From positions 1 to 64,000 of IMG/VR virus record IMGVR_UViG_3300025084_003379: a stretch of 64,000 nt of DNA, one strand, 5' to 3'. The notes under the pieces were generated by a model, which was given only the letters and a program-made list of their open reading frames with translations, was not told the origin of the DNA and ran no database searches. Within the stretch, counting starts at the first letter, position 1, and every line of letters begins with the position of its first letter. Origin of the DNA: a virus. Lineage: Duplodnaviria; Caudoviricetes. The translations under genes and the position numbers were made by a program. Positions 38,314 to 49,800 of the stretch are shown in pieces.

Positions 38314-41300
38314 ATGGCTGAAAATAATTCAATATCAACACTTTTACCTGAGCTTCTAAGGTTATTTAATAATTCTTTAGAGAGTTTTGAAAAGGTTAAT
38401 CAGGCCATAACTTCAAGTAATGAATCTGTTACAATTAATATTCAAAATGATAACGGTACAAATTCTAGAGTTACTATTCCAAGTTTTGGCTTTCTTAAAA
38501 ATTCAATAGATAGATTAGATAATAATCTTAATACAATTACAAATGTAAATGGATCAAATAGTTCTATAAGGTTATCTGATGGTACATTTAGAAAGTTAGT
38601 ATTGGCACAGTTACCTGTTGAGGCTAGTGATTTATCTAGCATTAATACAGTAGAGAGATTTAATGTAAAGCCTAATTGGTTTTTTGAAGAATTAATAAAT
38701 CCTCTATTATATGTATCTTTTGATTTAACTGGCCAAGTACCTATTGATACTGAAAGAGCAATCATAAGAAGATACATACTTAATACTAACACGCAATCTA
38801 AGATTAATTATTTTAATAGTAATTATGAAGGGCGATCAGATATAAATTACACTACTTTTTTACAACAAATCGTAGAAAGAAATATATCATATGTATTAGA
38901 TGAAGCAGTTGTTGATTTACCGCCTAGGTCCAAAAGATATACTGGTAATTTTAGTGTACTTAGAATATCGGATGCTACTGTTACGGAAGAAGTAAATGGT
39001 GTTACTGTAGTATCACAAAAAAAGCAATATAAATTAAATAAGATTTTTTATACTGACTCTGAGGCAAATTTTGGTGATACTATTCAGCTAGCAGTTGGTG
39101 ATAGTCTTGAAGTAATTAGCGATCCTATTAGTACAAGATATAAAGTTACTAAATTAGATTCTAGCACAAATACAGTTATCTTAGAATTAGTTGAAGGATC
39201 TGATCCTGTTTTAATTGGTTCTGATATGCTAAAAATCGCATCATCAGTAGAAGACAATGTACAAGTAGATGTTACTGTAGGATTTAATGAAAGATGTGTT
39301 ACTTTTGTAAAACCAATAGATCCTAATTCTAAAATACCTTCAGTAAATTGGTCACCAGGTAGTTCGTTTTATACAAATACACTTACTACTATTAATGCAG
39401 CCGGCTCTAGTCAAACATTAGCAGAATATTATCAGCAGAGTGCAATTGATTTTGGATCAATGTTACTTTCTTTTGCGGATGATAAAATCCCAACAACAAG
39501 AGAAGGAATTAAGCCTAATTCACCTACAATAAATACTGAAGATTTTGGTGTTAAATTAATTAATGCACAAGTAAGCGATTCACCTGCTATAATTGAACTT
39601 ACTGATTTAAATAATCAAAAGAATACTATTGAGTCTACCTTAAAGGAACTCGATGTGGCGATTCAGCAAAGTAGAACTAAAATACAAACCACTAATTATT
39701 CTACTGAAGTAGAAAGAGATGCTGACAAGAATGCATTACAAGGTTTAATTACAGAAAGATCTTCTCAGGCTGAATTATACTCATCTGTTGTAAAAGAGAT
39801 AGATGCAAAAGCGAAAGATAATTCTGTATCAAGCATTGCACCTAAATATAGAGTAAGAGGTTTTTGGTCAATGCCATTAGAAAAATCTACCCCAGCAACA
39901 GGGCCACAGTCTATTGTTAAATTTAAAATAAGATATCGTTATTTATCTAATGACGGTGTGGCAAATCCTGTTAATCAATTTGAATTTCAAGACGGTTCAG
40001 GTACATCACAAGGCGCGTTTTCAAATTATTCAATAATAGAAAGTACACTAAGACCTAGGGTTAAAAATTCTTTAACTGGTGTTTATCAATGGGTACCTAT
40101 TGACTCCGATAATGCAGAGTCAGTAAATATTAATCAACTAGATATACCTATAAGAAAAGGTGAACAGGTTGAAGTACAAGTTAAATCTATAAGTGAGGCT
40201 GGATGGCCATCTAACCCATTAGAGAGTGATTGGTCAATCGCTGCTATAATTCCATTTCCTGCAGATCTTAGCTCTGATAATGCTACTGAAGCAATCATAA
40301 ACCAAAATCAACAAGACTTAGCAAAAGTTTCTTTAGAACAAGATTTAAATGAACTGGGTATACAAGAACATTTAAGTAGTTCATTTACTGCTAATGAAAC
40401 ATATTATGCACATTCATCTCCGGTTATTGCATCTGGGTTTTTATCTGAGAATCAGACGCCTATTGATTTATTTACTAAGTTAACGGAAATGCAAAATCAG
40501 TTAGATTTGTTTTCTGAGATTTTACAATCTGCACAAGGTGAATTACAAACTACTTTGGTAGATGATCAAGGTAATGTTACAAATCTTAATAGAAATGCAA
40601 CAACAAGTATTTTTGCTGGATTTTATTCACAAGAGGTCGCTAACTTAGATGATCCTAGAGGTGCAATTATATCAAAAACTTTCTTTATTAATATTGCAAA
40701 CACTGCACAAACTGGACTAAGATTAATAGCTAGGATTGCAGGTAATAGAACTAGAATGGTTAAGCAATCTGAAAATCCGCCAATAAGCCCATATCTCACT
40801 AATGCAGATGTTACTAATGGCGCTACCATTTTGCCTGCAACATATTCATGGCTAGATAATAGTTCAATAAACCAAAGCTCAGGTATTAATACATACACGG
40901 CTGATGATGCTGATTATAATACAATTAGAAAATATGATTTAACCCCAATCTTATTAACTAACCCGGCTACGAGTAATTCATGGAGATTTGGGCAGGATGT
41001 TTCTATTGCACCATATCAATCAGCACAAAATAAAAACCAATTCTTATATAGTAGATTTAGTGATGTTTCATCAGAAGATAACTTTTATAGTTATAGAAAC
41101 CCTGATGGTGACTTTATTGTAAACCTAGACCAAGCAGAAAATTTTTATGGTAGAAATGCATCTTCAAATACAGCTTTAGCAACTGACTTTTTCTGGGGAG
41201 GTGGATTTGATGCAACAGGAGCACCTTTTACTACTAGCGGTTATGTAGCAGGTAATGATGATGTAATTGATGTACATACTGAACACCCATATGTTAAAAG

Positions 41301-42207
41301 TTATGCTGCATTTAGATCAAATTATATTTTACAAACAGGTGATACCTTAGGTGGTGTTAATGCAACTTTACCGGAAGTGCAGGTAGGTGCTATTGATTGT
41401 ACTAGTGCATCTGCAACATCTGGTGCAGGAACCGCTAATGTTTTATTTAGACAATCAAAGTTTATACCTTTGCAATCAGATGAAAGCTATGGTAAACAAC
41501 AATCAATATATTTAAATGAAAATGCAGTAGATCTTATTGCATTAGGTTTAACTGAACCTGTTACTTTTAATGATGCTAATAATACATCACTAGCCGCTAG
41601 CCCATCATTAGTAGCCGTACCTAATTTATCTAATGCTACATTAAATCCAGATCTTACTAATGGTGGTGATGGGTATGAAAGAAATGTAAAAACTGCATTT
41701 GATAGTTTTGACCAATATTTATTAGGTAAGCAATCATGTGGTTCTTATTTATTTGTATCGACCGATACCCATCAAAATATTCAAGTAGATGGAGACTCGG
41801 TTCAATCTGAAGAGGTTGTACAATTTGGTCAGCAAAATTCTATTAATATACCTTTAGTATTTCAGTATAGAATGACAGACTATTTTGGTACAGGAGCTGG
41901 TTCATCTGGAGGTATAGGTAATATTGCAGGTGATTCTACTGGAGCTACTGTAAACGTAACATACACCAAGAAGCTTGGTTTCGATTTATACCCTAATAAT
42001 CAAAGTGTATTCCAGTATGACATTGAGGTTTTTGCTAAATACAGATCGGATAATTTAAATATAGATGTATTCCCATCGCAGACAGTAACTAAAGGATTAA
42101 ACGATTTAGAAAAAGTAGTAGCAGGATTAAACCCTTCAGTAAATCAAACAAGAGTTTCTAGGATACAACTTGCTAATGTTAACGGTGGTGCTGGACCAAT
42201 AGGTTAA
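38314..42207 (+). CDS. Large virion structural protein
   Basis: 1297 aa with coiled-coil and FnIII-like (VQVKSISEAGW) segments. Confidence 0.55.
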   Translation: MAENNSISTLLPELLRLFNNSLESFEKVNQAITSSNESVTINIQNDNGTNSRVTIPSFGFLKNSIDRLDNNLNTITNVNGSNSSIRLSDGTFRKLVLAQLPVEASDLSSINTVERFNVKPNWFFEELINPLLYVSFDLTGQVPIDTERAIIRRYILNTNTQSKINYFNSNYEGRSDINYTTFLQQIVERNISYVLDEAVVDLPPRSKRYTGNFSVLRISDATVTEEVNGVTVVSQKKQYKLNKIFYTDSEANFGDTIQLAVGDSLEVISDPISTRYKVTKLDSSTNTVILELVEGSDPVLIGSDMLKIASSVEDNVQVDVTVGFNERCVTFVKPIDPNSKIPSVNWSPGSSFYTNTLTTINAAGSSQTLAEYYQQSAIDFGSMLLSFADDKIPTTREGIKPNSPTINTEDFGVKLINAQVSDSPAIIELTDLNNQKNTIESTLKELDVAIQQSRTKIQTTNYSTEVERDADKNALQGLITERSSQAELYSSVVKEIDAKAKDNSVSSIAPKYRVRGFWSMPLEKSTPATGPQSIVKFKIRYRYLSNDGVANPVNQFEFQDGSGTSQGAFSNYSIIESTLRPRVKNSLTGVYQWVPIDSDNAESVNINQLDIPIRKGEQVEVQVKSISEAGWPSNPLESDWSIAAIIPFPADLSSDNATEAIINQNQQDLAKVSLEQDLNELGIQEHLSSSFTANETYYAHSSPVIASGFLSENQTPIDLFTKLTEMQNQLDLFSEILQSAQGELQTTLVDDQGNVTNLNRNATTSIFAGFYSQEVANLDDPRGAIISKTFFINIANTAQTGLRLIARIAGNRTRMVKQSENPPISPYLTNADVTNGATILPATYSWLDNSSINQSSGINTYTADDADYNTIRKYDLTPILLTNPATSNSWRFGQDVSIAPYQSAQNKNQFLYSRFSDVSSEDNFYSYRNPDGDFIVNLDQAENFYGRNASSNTALATDFFWGGGFDATGAPFTTSGYVAGNDDVIDVHTEHPYVKSYAAFRSNYILQTGDTLGGVNATLPEVQVGAIDCTSASATSGAGTANVLFRQSKFIPLQSDESYGKQQSIYLNENAVDLIALGLTEPVTFNDANNTSLAASPSLVAVPNLSNATLNPDLTNGGDGYERNVKTAFDSFDQYLLGKQSCGSYLFVSTDTHQNIQVDGDSVQSEEVVQFGQQNSINIPLVFQYRMTDYFGTGAGSSGGIGNIAGDSTGATVNVTYTKKLGFDLYPNNQSVFQYDIEVFAKYRSDNLNIDVFPSQTVTKGLNDLEKVVAGLNPSVNQTRVSRIQLANVNGGAGPIG

Positions 42208-42224
42208 TAACATTCTTAATTTAT

Positions 42225-42269
42225 TTTATCTTTATCTTTGGTGAATAAATAAAAAAAGAGAAAGATAAA
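42225..42269 (+). promoter_or_regulatory. 15-bp hairpin with a class B motif in its loop, covering the translation start
   Basis: TTTATCTTTATCTTT 42225-42239 pairs with AAAGAGAAAGATAAA 42255-42269 (one mismatch); the loop contains GAATAAATA; ATG starts at 42269. Confidence 0.65.
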
Positions 42270-45200
42270 TGGCTGAAAAACTTTTAGACAAGGCTTCTTA
42301 TGGTATAATTAGAACAAATCCTAAATTAACAGGTAATGTTAAGATAGTTAGTAATGGTGATAACATATACTTAGAATCTTTTAGTGCAAATACTCAGCTA
42401 GCTTCATCTACATTTAAAGCGTTTAAAGTAAGTGGTGATGATACTTATGATAGAGATGTTTTTAAATTTTTTCAAGGTGGTAAATTTCCAAAAGACTTAG
42501 CATATGAAGTATTTCAAGAATTTCAAGATATATCAGTTCTTTCACAATACCAAAACCAGTATGAAATGTTTTATTCTGCTGGTACAAGGTCAGTTGCCTC
42601 AGAAGCATATTCTGAAAACTTAGGGATGTTATCACCGCTTTGGTTAAATGAACAGATTCCTAATAATTTTGTAATATTTAGAATAGACAACCCAGCAGCG
42701 GTAAACAATATAAATGAATCTTTAGAAAATACTAATTATTTAGACGCACAAACATCTACTGCATTTACAAAAAATGTTCTTGAGAATTGCACTGCAATCA
42801 AAACATTTGATTTAAGCAGTAATAGTTTATTGGGTTCCTATATAAGAAACTACAGAAACCAAGAATCTTTTCCAGAAACACCTTTAAATATTTCATGGAG
42901 AAATGACGAACCTTTACAGTGGGCAGGTATTAATTATGCAAAGGGCGGATTTACAGCAAATGGTAGTTTTGCATATAATGATTTAATAACAAAGGATGCT
43001 ACAATAATACAAAATGAGTCCTTCTTTACTGAAGGATTTCAGAGAAACGGTGTACTATTGGCTAACTTAGTAAATTTAGAATTTTTGTTTTCTGATGCAG
43101 ATGCTCCTGATTATTCTATTAATCGCTATTTTGGTTTATATGTAAACGAAATAGAAGAAGGGTTGTTTGATATATCAGGTGAAGGTTTTTATAAAAATAC
43201 AGAAAAAACTCAGTTACCTAAAATTAAAACAATAACTGAAGTATCCGAGCAACTTAATACACCGTTTGAAATGACAAACACTAACGGTATGCTTATTTAT
43301 TTAGATCCTGCCAAAACTACAACTATTACAGGGTTACCTACACCACAGAGGGTGAATGAAGTAGAATCAATATTTTATATTAAGGATAAGAATAATAGTT
43401 TCCATACAGTTAAAAAAGGCTCGTTATGGGGTAATAACGAAATAAGAATTTTTGACACTAAAATTGACATTTCAGTTCTTGCTGGATTTAAATACCCTGA
43501 TACCTATGCTAATGCACAAATCTTACCACAGCAGGGTAAAGCCACATGTAAGTTTGATATATTAGATGAATTAACTGATGGGTTTAGAATTACCTTTTAT
43601 GATGGTATTAATGAAGTAGGCCAAATAGGTGCTAGTTCAATAGAGGTACCTGAACCAGGCAAGAGTAAGTTTCAATTTTTTAATCCTAACGGTACACCCG
43701 AAGAAATTGCTAAAGCTATTACATCTGCTATCAATATTGGTATACCTCTAGAATCTAGATTTTTTGAAGCTTCTTATAACAACGGTACTGTTTTTGTTCA
43801 ATCAAGATTTGCTGGAGATAGATTTAATAGACTAAGCTTTAAGATGGATTTTGTAGATTATCCATTAATGGTAAACTCAATTTTAACATATCCTTTATCG
43901 TCAGTAGCAGAAGACACTAAAAACTTTGTAGGAGGAAATGATGTAAAAGGATCTTTACTTAAAGTTACAAACGGTGATCAGAATAGATTCATAAAAGGTA
44001 ATTGGATACAATCTAAAGATGGGTTTGCTCAAATTGGTGATTGGGTACCTTATCTGGATAATCCTATAAGAAACAAAGTTGGTAAAATTATAGGCTATGA
44101 AGGTGTAGACGAAAATGTAATAATAACACTTAATGACGATCAAATAAATATTACCCGCAGTGGTCAGGTTGCACTATATTCTGATTATAGATCATCGTTC
44201 GGTAGATTTTCAATATTTCCTATTAAAGATTTTGATTATGATTTTTATAGTACTATGTATAGTAAATTAGGTGAACTTAATTTCGAGTTTATGAATTATA
44301 ATCAAACAAGTGATGATGGTGTTTATACTAACGTTAGTGCTAACCCGGAAATTAGAGCATTTTATGATGATGGTGGTTTTGCTAGGTTAATAGGATTGTT
44401 AAAAGACGCATCACCTGACGAAACTTTTGATACTGTTATAAAATCCGAATACGATAGGCTTGAGGAAAATTACCTAATACAACAAGCAACAGCTTCTAGG
44501 ATCATTCCTTACATAAATAAATGGTCTTGGGTAAATGATGGTAAAAATGTTAGAAATTTACCGTATAGCTTGAATGTCAATGAGGCATTTGGCCAAAATA
44601 ATTTTGCACCATCTAAATGGGAAGTAGGCCAAATAGCACAAGGGTTTACTCATGAGTGGTATTACTTATGTGAATTTCCTGAATATTTTGGTAATGAAGC
44701 AATTAAGAGCTCTTGGAGTTATATTGATTATGCACCATCTGATACTATTGAAGCTAATCCTATAACAGGAGCTGTTTATACACCAGGTACTTTTCAAAAA
44801 GTTAATAAAGATTATTTTAATGATTATTTTATTATTGATAAATTTGTTACGGGTGGAGTTATTAATTTAATAGATAGACAACTTAGATATGGTAGATTTA
44901 GCGGTGGGGATGAAAAGAATTTTTCAGAAGCCTTTTTAAGAGGTGTTAGAGTTATAGCAAAATCAAAAGCTAATCCTAAAGATAAACCTAACTTTAATGC
45001 TAGGTCATTAAAATATCTCACTGATGGTAGTTTTAATGATTATAGATTTTCTGTAATGCTTATACCTAACGCACCAGATAAACCTACTACACAAATAAAA
45101 TTTGTAAAAAATGAAAAGTGGAAGACTGTTGTAATGATGATCTTTTTAACTTTAGATAATGCATGTTTTAATAACGGTGAACAAATTATTGATAGAACTG

Positions 45201-46882
45201 CGTTATATTCTTTAAGAAATGAATATGTAACACAAAGCACACCTCCGCTAACTAATGAATGTAAACCTGAAATAGATGCAGTAACAAATGAATATATTTA
45301 TACAAAGGGTTTTTTAAATGGGGCCATTGCTTTAAATGCTGCGCAGTTTGAACCTAGTATTAATGCATATCTTATAAAAGGTATTCCTGATATAAATGGT
45401 AATGCTACTAGATTTTTAACTGACATTAGGAGAGGTAGCGATGGTTTATTTAACACGATACAATTTACAATAGGAGTAGACCAATTTCAAATAAGTGATA
45501 TAGTAAGAGTAGTATCTAACACTGAATTTTATGCATCTACTCTAACAAAAAATGGCGTGCAGTATTTCCCTGGTGGTGGTATACCAACAACATCATCTTT
45601 AGTACAAACTTCATATACTACTCTTGGTGGTGGGTTTGATGCTTATTCTACTAGATTAACCGATGTTGGTTCTGCTACACTTTTTAATAATGTTAATTTA
45701 GGAGATCCATCTATAATTTATGAAACTATTGATAAAGACGGTAATCGTATATTGGATTCTGATGGAAACATTGCACAAACGTTTGCTATTGAATTAAGGT
45801 CACAAGAGGATATTTTAAAATCTGTTTATATTGGGGCATTACCTGATCCTGCTAAACCTACTGTATTTAACTTAACGGATATTATTGGTTATGGTCTTTC
45901 GCTACAAACAAAACCTAGGATAACCCCAATAGGAAGGCATGCAGGTTATTATCAACCAACTGCGCTAGATATTTTATATTTTAGAGACCCTTATCTTAAT
46001 GTTGATTTTAGTCCACCTATACCAGAAGATGCTATATATAAAGAGAAAGTATTAGAACTATGTAGATATACAAACACTCAATTTAATTCTAGTGATGTTA
46101 GTAACTTTGGGCAAATAAAGAATTTATTTTATCATAAAGTTAATGAAGAAGATCCGTCTACTGTATTAGAGCTTTCTATTGACAGTGCATTCTTAAGTTT
46201 ATACCCTTTAATTAATGAAGTAGGAATTGCTAACAGAAACTTTTACGCATTTGCGTCGAACTGGGAGCCGTCTTACTTTAGGAAGAGTATAGATAAATCT
46301 CAAGTAGAATCTGTTATTGGTACCAGAGCAATGACAGAAAAGAAATCATTTTTTGGTTCTAAATATTTAAAAGTACCTGAGCAAATTGAGTTAGAAACAT
46401 TTGAATACTCACCATTCGTAAAAGGTGCTATAAACCAGCCTTCATTAATAGAAGGTACATTTATGACTAGTGAAAATGATACATCAATTAAATTTTTTAA
46501 TTTTATACAGAAAAGATTAATTGAATTTTTATTTAACCCTATTAAAGAACAGTTTGTAAAATACATAAAGCCTGAATTTAGTTTCGGTAATTTAGATACT
46601 ATTGACGATGATGTAATAAGATATATTACTCAAAATATACTACAATTATATAAAGTAGGTAATATAGATTTTTATGTAAAAAGCACAAGGGATAACAGCC
46701 CTATTGATTATTCTACTGCATCATTAACAAACGTAGAAAAGTCCGCTGCTGGATTAAGTATAAACACAGCGGTTGGGTCAAGATTAATAAATAATAATCC
46801 ATTTGATCTTAGCCTAATATATAACAAAAGGACAGGTTTTACTGAATCGTTTGGATTTAGTGTTACTATAGTTAAAAAATAA
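42269..46882 (+). CDS. Very large virion structural protein
   Basis: 1537 aa, late-like promoter, structural context. Confidence 0.55.
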   Translation: MAEKLLDKASYGIIRTNPKLTGNVKIVSNGDNIYLESFSANTQLASSTFKAFKVSGDDTYDRDVFKFFQGGKFPKDLAYEVFQEFQDISVLSQYQNQYEMFYSAGTRSVASEAYSENLGMLSPLWLNEQIPNNFVIFRIDNPAAVNNINESLENTNYLDAQTSTAFTKNVLENCTAIKTFDLSSNSLLGSYIRNYRNQESFPETPLNISWRNDEPLQWAGINYAKGGFTANGSFAYNDLITKDATIIQNESFFTEGFQRNGVLLANLVNLEFLFSDADAPDYSINRYFGLYVNEIEEGLFDISGEGFYKNTEKTQLPKIKTITEVSEQLNTPFEMTNTNGMLIYLDPAKTTTITGLPTPQRVNEVESIFYIKDKNNSFHTVKKGSLWGNNEIRIFDTKIDISVLAGFKYPDTYANAQILPQQGKATCKFDILDELTDGFRITFYDGINEVGQIGASSIEVPEPGKSKFQFFNPNGTPEEIAKAITSAINIGIPLESRFFEASYNNGTVFVQSRFAGDRFNRLSFKMDFVDYPLMVNSILTYPLSSVAEDTKNFVGGNDVKGSLLKVTNGDQNRFIKGNWIQSKDGFAQIGDWVPYLDNPIRNKVGKIIGYEGVDENVIITLNDDQINITRSGQVALYSDYRSSFGRFSIFPIKDFDYDFYSTMYSKLGELNFEFMNYNQTSDDGVYTNVSANPEIRAFYDDGGFARLIGLLKDASPDETFDTVIKSEYDRLEENYLIQQATASRIIPYINKWSWVNDGKNVRNLPYSLNVNEAFGQNNFAPSKWEVGQIAQGFTHEWYYLCEFPEYFGNEAIKSSWSYIDYAPSDTIEANPITGAVYTPGTFQKVNKDYFNDYFIIDKFVTGGVINLIDRQLRYGRFSGGDEKNFSEAFLRGVRVIAKSKANPKDKPNFNARSLKYLTDGSFNDYRFSVMLIPNAPDKPTTQIKFVKNEKWKTVVMMIFLTLDNACFNNGEQIIDRTALYSLRNEYVTQSTPPLTNECKPEIDAVTNEYIYTKGFLNGAIALNAAQFEPSINAYLIKGIPDINGNATRFLTDIRRGSDGLFNTIQFTIGVDQFQISDIVRVVSNTEFYASTLTKNGVQYFPGGGIPTTSSLVQTSYTTLGGGFDAYSTRLTDVGSATLFNNVNLGDPSIIYETIDKDGNRILDSDGNIAQTFAIELRSQEDILKSVYIGALPDPAKPTVFNLTDIIGYGLSLQTKPRITPIGRHAGYYQPTALDILYFRDPYLNVDFSPPIPEDAIYKEKVLELCRYTNTQFNSSDVSNFGQIKNLFYHKVNEEDPSTVLELSIDSAFLSLYPLINEVGIANRNFYAFASNWEPSYFRKSIDKSQVESVIGTRAMTEKKSFFGSKYLKVPEQIELETFEYSPFVKGAINQPSLIEGTFMTSENDTSIKFFNFIQKRLIEFLFNPIKEQFVKYIKPEFSFGNLDTIDDDVIRYITQNILQLYKVGNIDFYVKSTRDNSPIDYSTASLTNVEKSAAGLSINTAVGSRLINNNPFDLSLIYNKRTGFTESFGFSVTIVKK

Positions 46883-46889
46883 GAATACG

Positions 46890-49800
46890 ATGGCAATTAC
46901 CATACAAGAAATATTAGCCTCAGATACTATTTCTCAATTCGTTGATAAAGTAAATTTTAATTTTGATCAACTTATTTTAAATGGAGGAGGGGCACCTGGT
47001 CCATTTGGGCCACAAGGTTTACCTGGTCCTATTGGTGGGCGTGGTGAAAGAGGAACTGAATGGTATCAAGACCTTACAGTTAGCCCAGGAACTGATCCTA
47101 ATACGATTATTGTTTCACCTAATTTATTAGATAATGATTTTTACTTACAAGCCAATGGTCAAGTATGGGAATATGATGGCGTTAATTGGGGCATTACAAA
47201 TACTAACTTAACTGGTCCACAAGGACCTGCTGGTGTATCCATTGGATGGGATTCATTTGGTAATAATCCACTAGGTACTTATGTACAAGCATATCAAAAT
47301 GCTTTGTACCCTGCAATAATTGGTGGTACATCAGGTGCTACATCAGGAAATGGTGGATTATCATCGGTAGTAATAGGTGCTATTTCACCGACCGATATTG
47401 CTTTTGGTCAAGCTGGGTTTAATGCCAAGTTTAATTTAAGTACTGATATGGCTGGTAATGTTGATACTACGGTAATGTCAATGTTAGTACATCAACAAGA
47501 TAGTGGTGTAAGCGCAATCAAGTTCATGGGTGGTGAAACTGGTATAGGTGACAACTTTGAACAAGACGATCCAACTTTATTAGCAGGAATTCAATTAGCG
47601 CCAGATGATTCATTACTTCTAACTACAAGAAAAACTGCTACTGCTCCAGGAAGTATTACTGACACTTACGGTATAAAATTAAACGCATCAGAACGAGGAT
47701 TAAATCTGAGAGCTGGTTTGTCGATTGATTTAACAACAGGTGTTAAAGGTGGTGGTACTAGTATCGGTGGTGGAATTGAAACATCGGATTTAAATATTGA
47801 ATTGAACACAATGGCAGGTGGTAACGGTGCTAAATTAAATTTTGTTAGTATTGGGGCAGGTGCTGCTAATCGAATACAGAGTGGTGGTAATATTTTGTTA
47901 CCAGGTGCGATTTCAGGAATTTATGATGGTATTACTTTAATAGAGTCGAGTATAATCCAAGTCGATGCAACTGAATTTATATTATTACGATCTAATCTAA
48001 ATGCAACAATTAAGAGTGAGGGTGCATTAATTAGATTAATAGGCGATGACGGCGCATATCTTAATGGTGGTGGTGCCGGAGGGGTAGTAATTGGAAATGA
48101 TTATGATGGTGTAAATACAACCGGCGCATTAATTTCTACGCTAACTAATGATCAATTAGGTGTAACAATAGCAGCAGGTTATGGAGCTGTATATAATCCA
48201 TTGTCTACATACCAAACCGCAAAGGCTATTAACTTGGTTACCGATAGTAGTAGTGGTATGGGCGCAGGTAATATAAATCTTAATGCATTAAATCCTGGCT
48301 TAGGAGGTGGTATTGATATAGATTCTGGTGCAAATGGATCTGGGTACTTATCTCTTCGTAGCAAAGGACAAGATTTATCATTATCAACAGGACCTGATTC
48401 TGGAGGACTTGGTGGTAATATTAAAATATCAGTAGATACAGGAACTGCAGTAGAACCAACCCCAGTTATAACTATAGCTTCTACTAGCTCTAGTGGTCTA
48501 GTACCTAAAACAGCATACTTTGGCTATCCTAGCTATATAAGCAATAATTTTGATAAACCTGCTATAGTAATTAGTGCATCTGATGGGCCTACGGGTGGTA
48601 GTGGTTCTAATAATCCTACAATAAGATTAGGTCTTTTAGGTGCTGAAGTAGGCACAGGTTCTGACCCATGGAAGCGATTCCCAGGTGGTGCAATGATAAA
48701 AGGTCCTTATGCGCCGGTTTCTACCGTCGGTCCTGCAATAAACATTGAACAAGAACCTGAGAGTGTATTACATATAAATGGTGGTACTACTGCAAGCGGT
48801 GCTTATGCTGGAGGAGTATGGATATACTCACCAGACAACGCATCTGCCACGATGCCAAATCTCCCATTCCCGAACATAGCTCCTATGAAGTCATCTGTAA
48901 GAATATGGGGTACTGCTGATACAGTAAGCACTAGAATTAGTAACGCAGGAGAGACTAGTAGTGGTGTAACTATTGGTTTAAACCAAGACGAATTTGGTGC
49001 ATCTGCTAACAAAGGTGGAAATAATGTAAGCGGTACAACTCATTTATATGGTATTGGTTATAATAGAGGAAACTTTAATTCGACAGGAGGTACTGGAAGC
49101 GCACTCGTTGCAGGGCTTACTCTTAACCAAGGCTTAACTCTAACAAAGACTTCAGCTTTCCAGAACTGGCCGCAAAGCCCGGTACCTGACGGTCCTTATG
49201 GTGGTGTTAATGTAGGAGATCAATATAGACATAGACAAACGTTTAAGGTTTGGGGTGATTATGTAGGAGATCATTATATCTCCAAGTTTGGTGGTGCATA
49301 TAGCGGCCCTACTATCCAAGAACAGACATTTATGAGTGGCTCACAGGGGTGGTCAAGTACTGTTGACTTATACCAAAATGCAGATATTCAACCTAGTGTA
49401 GCTGCATGGACTACCGCTGGTCTAACGCCTAAGATTCCAGTTGGCTTTCAATATAGATATCAATGGATGAGGGTTGGTAGAGTTGTAACAGGTAGTGGTT
49501 TGATTAGATTTATAACTAATCGATCACCTTTAGCACCGAACGGTGAATCAAGTACTTCAAATACATCTATAGATCTTTATCCTTATTGGAGTTCTCTTTT
49601 TAGTACAAGTGATTATAGTTCATTAAGTGGATCCACTAGCCCAGCTGGATTGGATTTACCTATCGCAAATGTATTCATAGGACCGATACCTCTTCCTATG
49701 CAAGTAAGTGGTGCAGGTAATTCTACGGATAGCAGCCTAGTAACAGGTACTCTGTATGGAGCTGTAAGTAACGTTAATATATCAGGTATTGCTACCGGTC

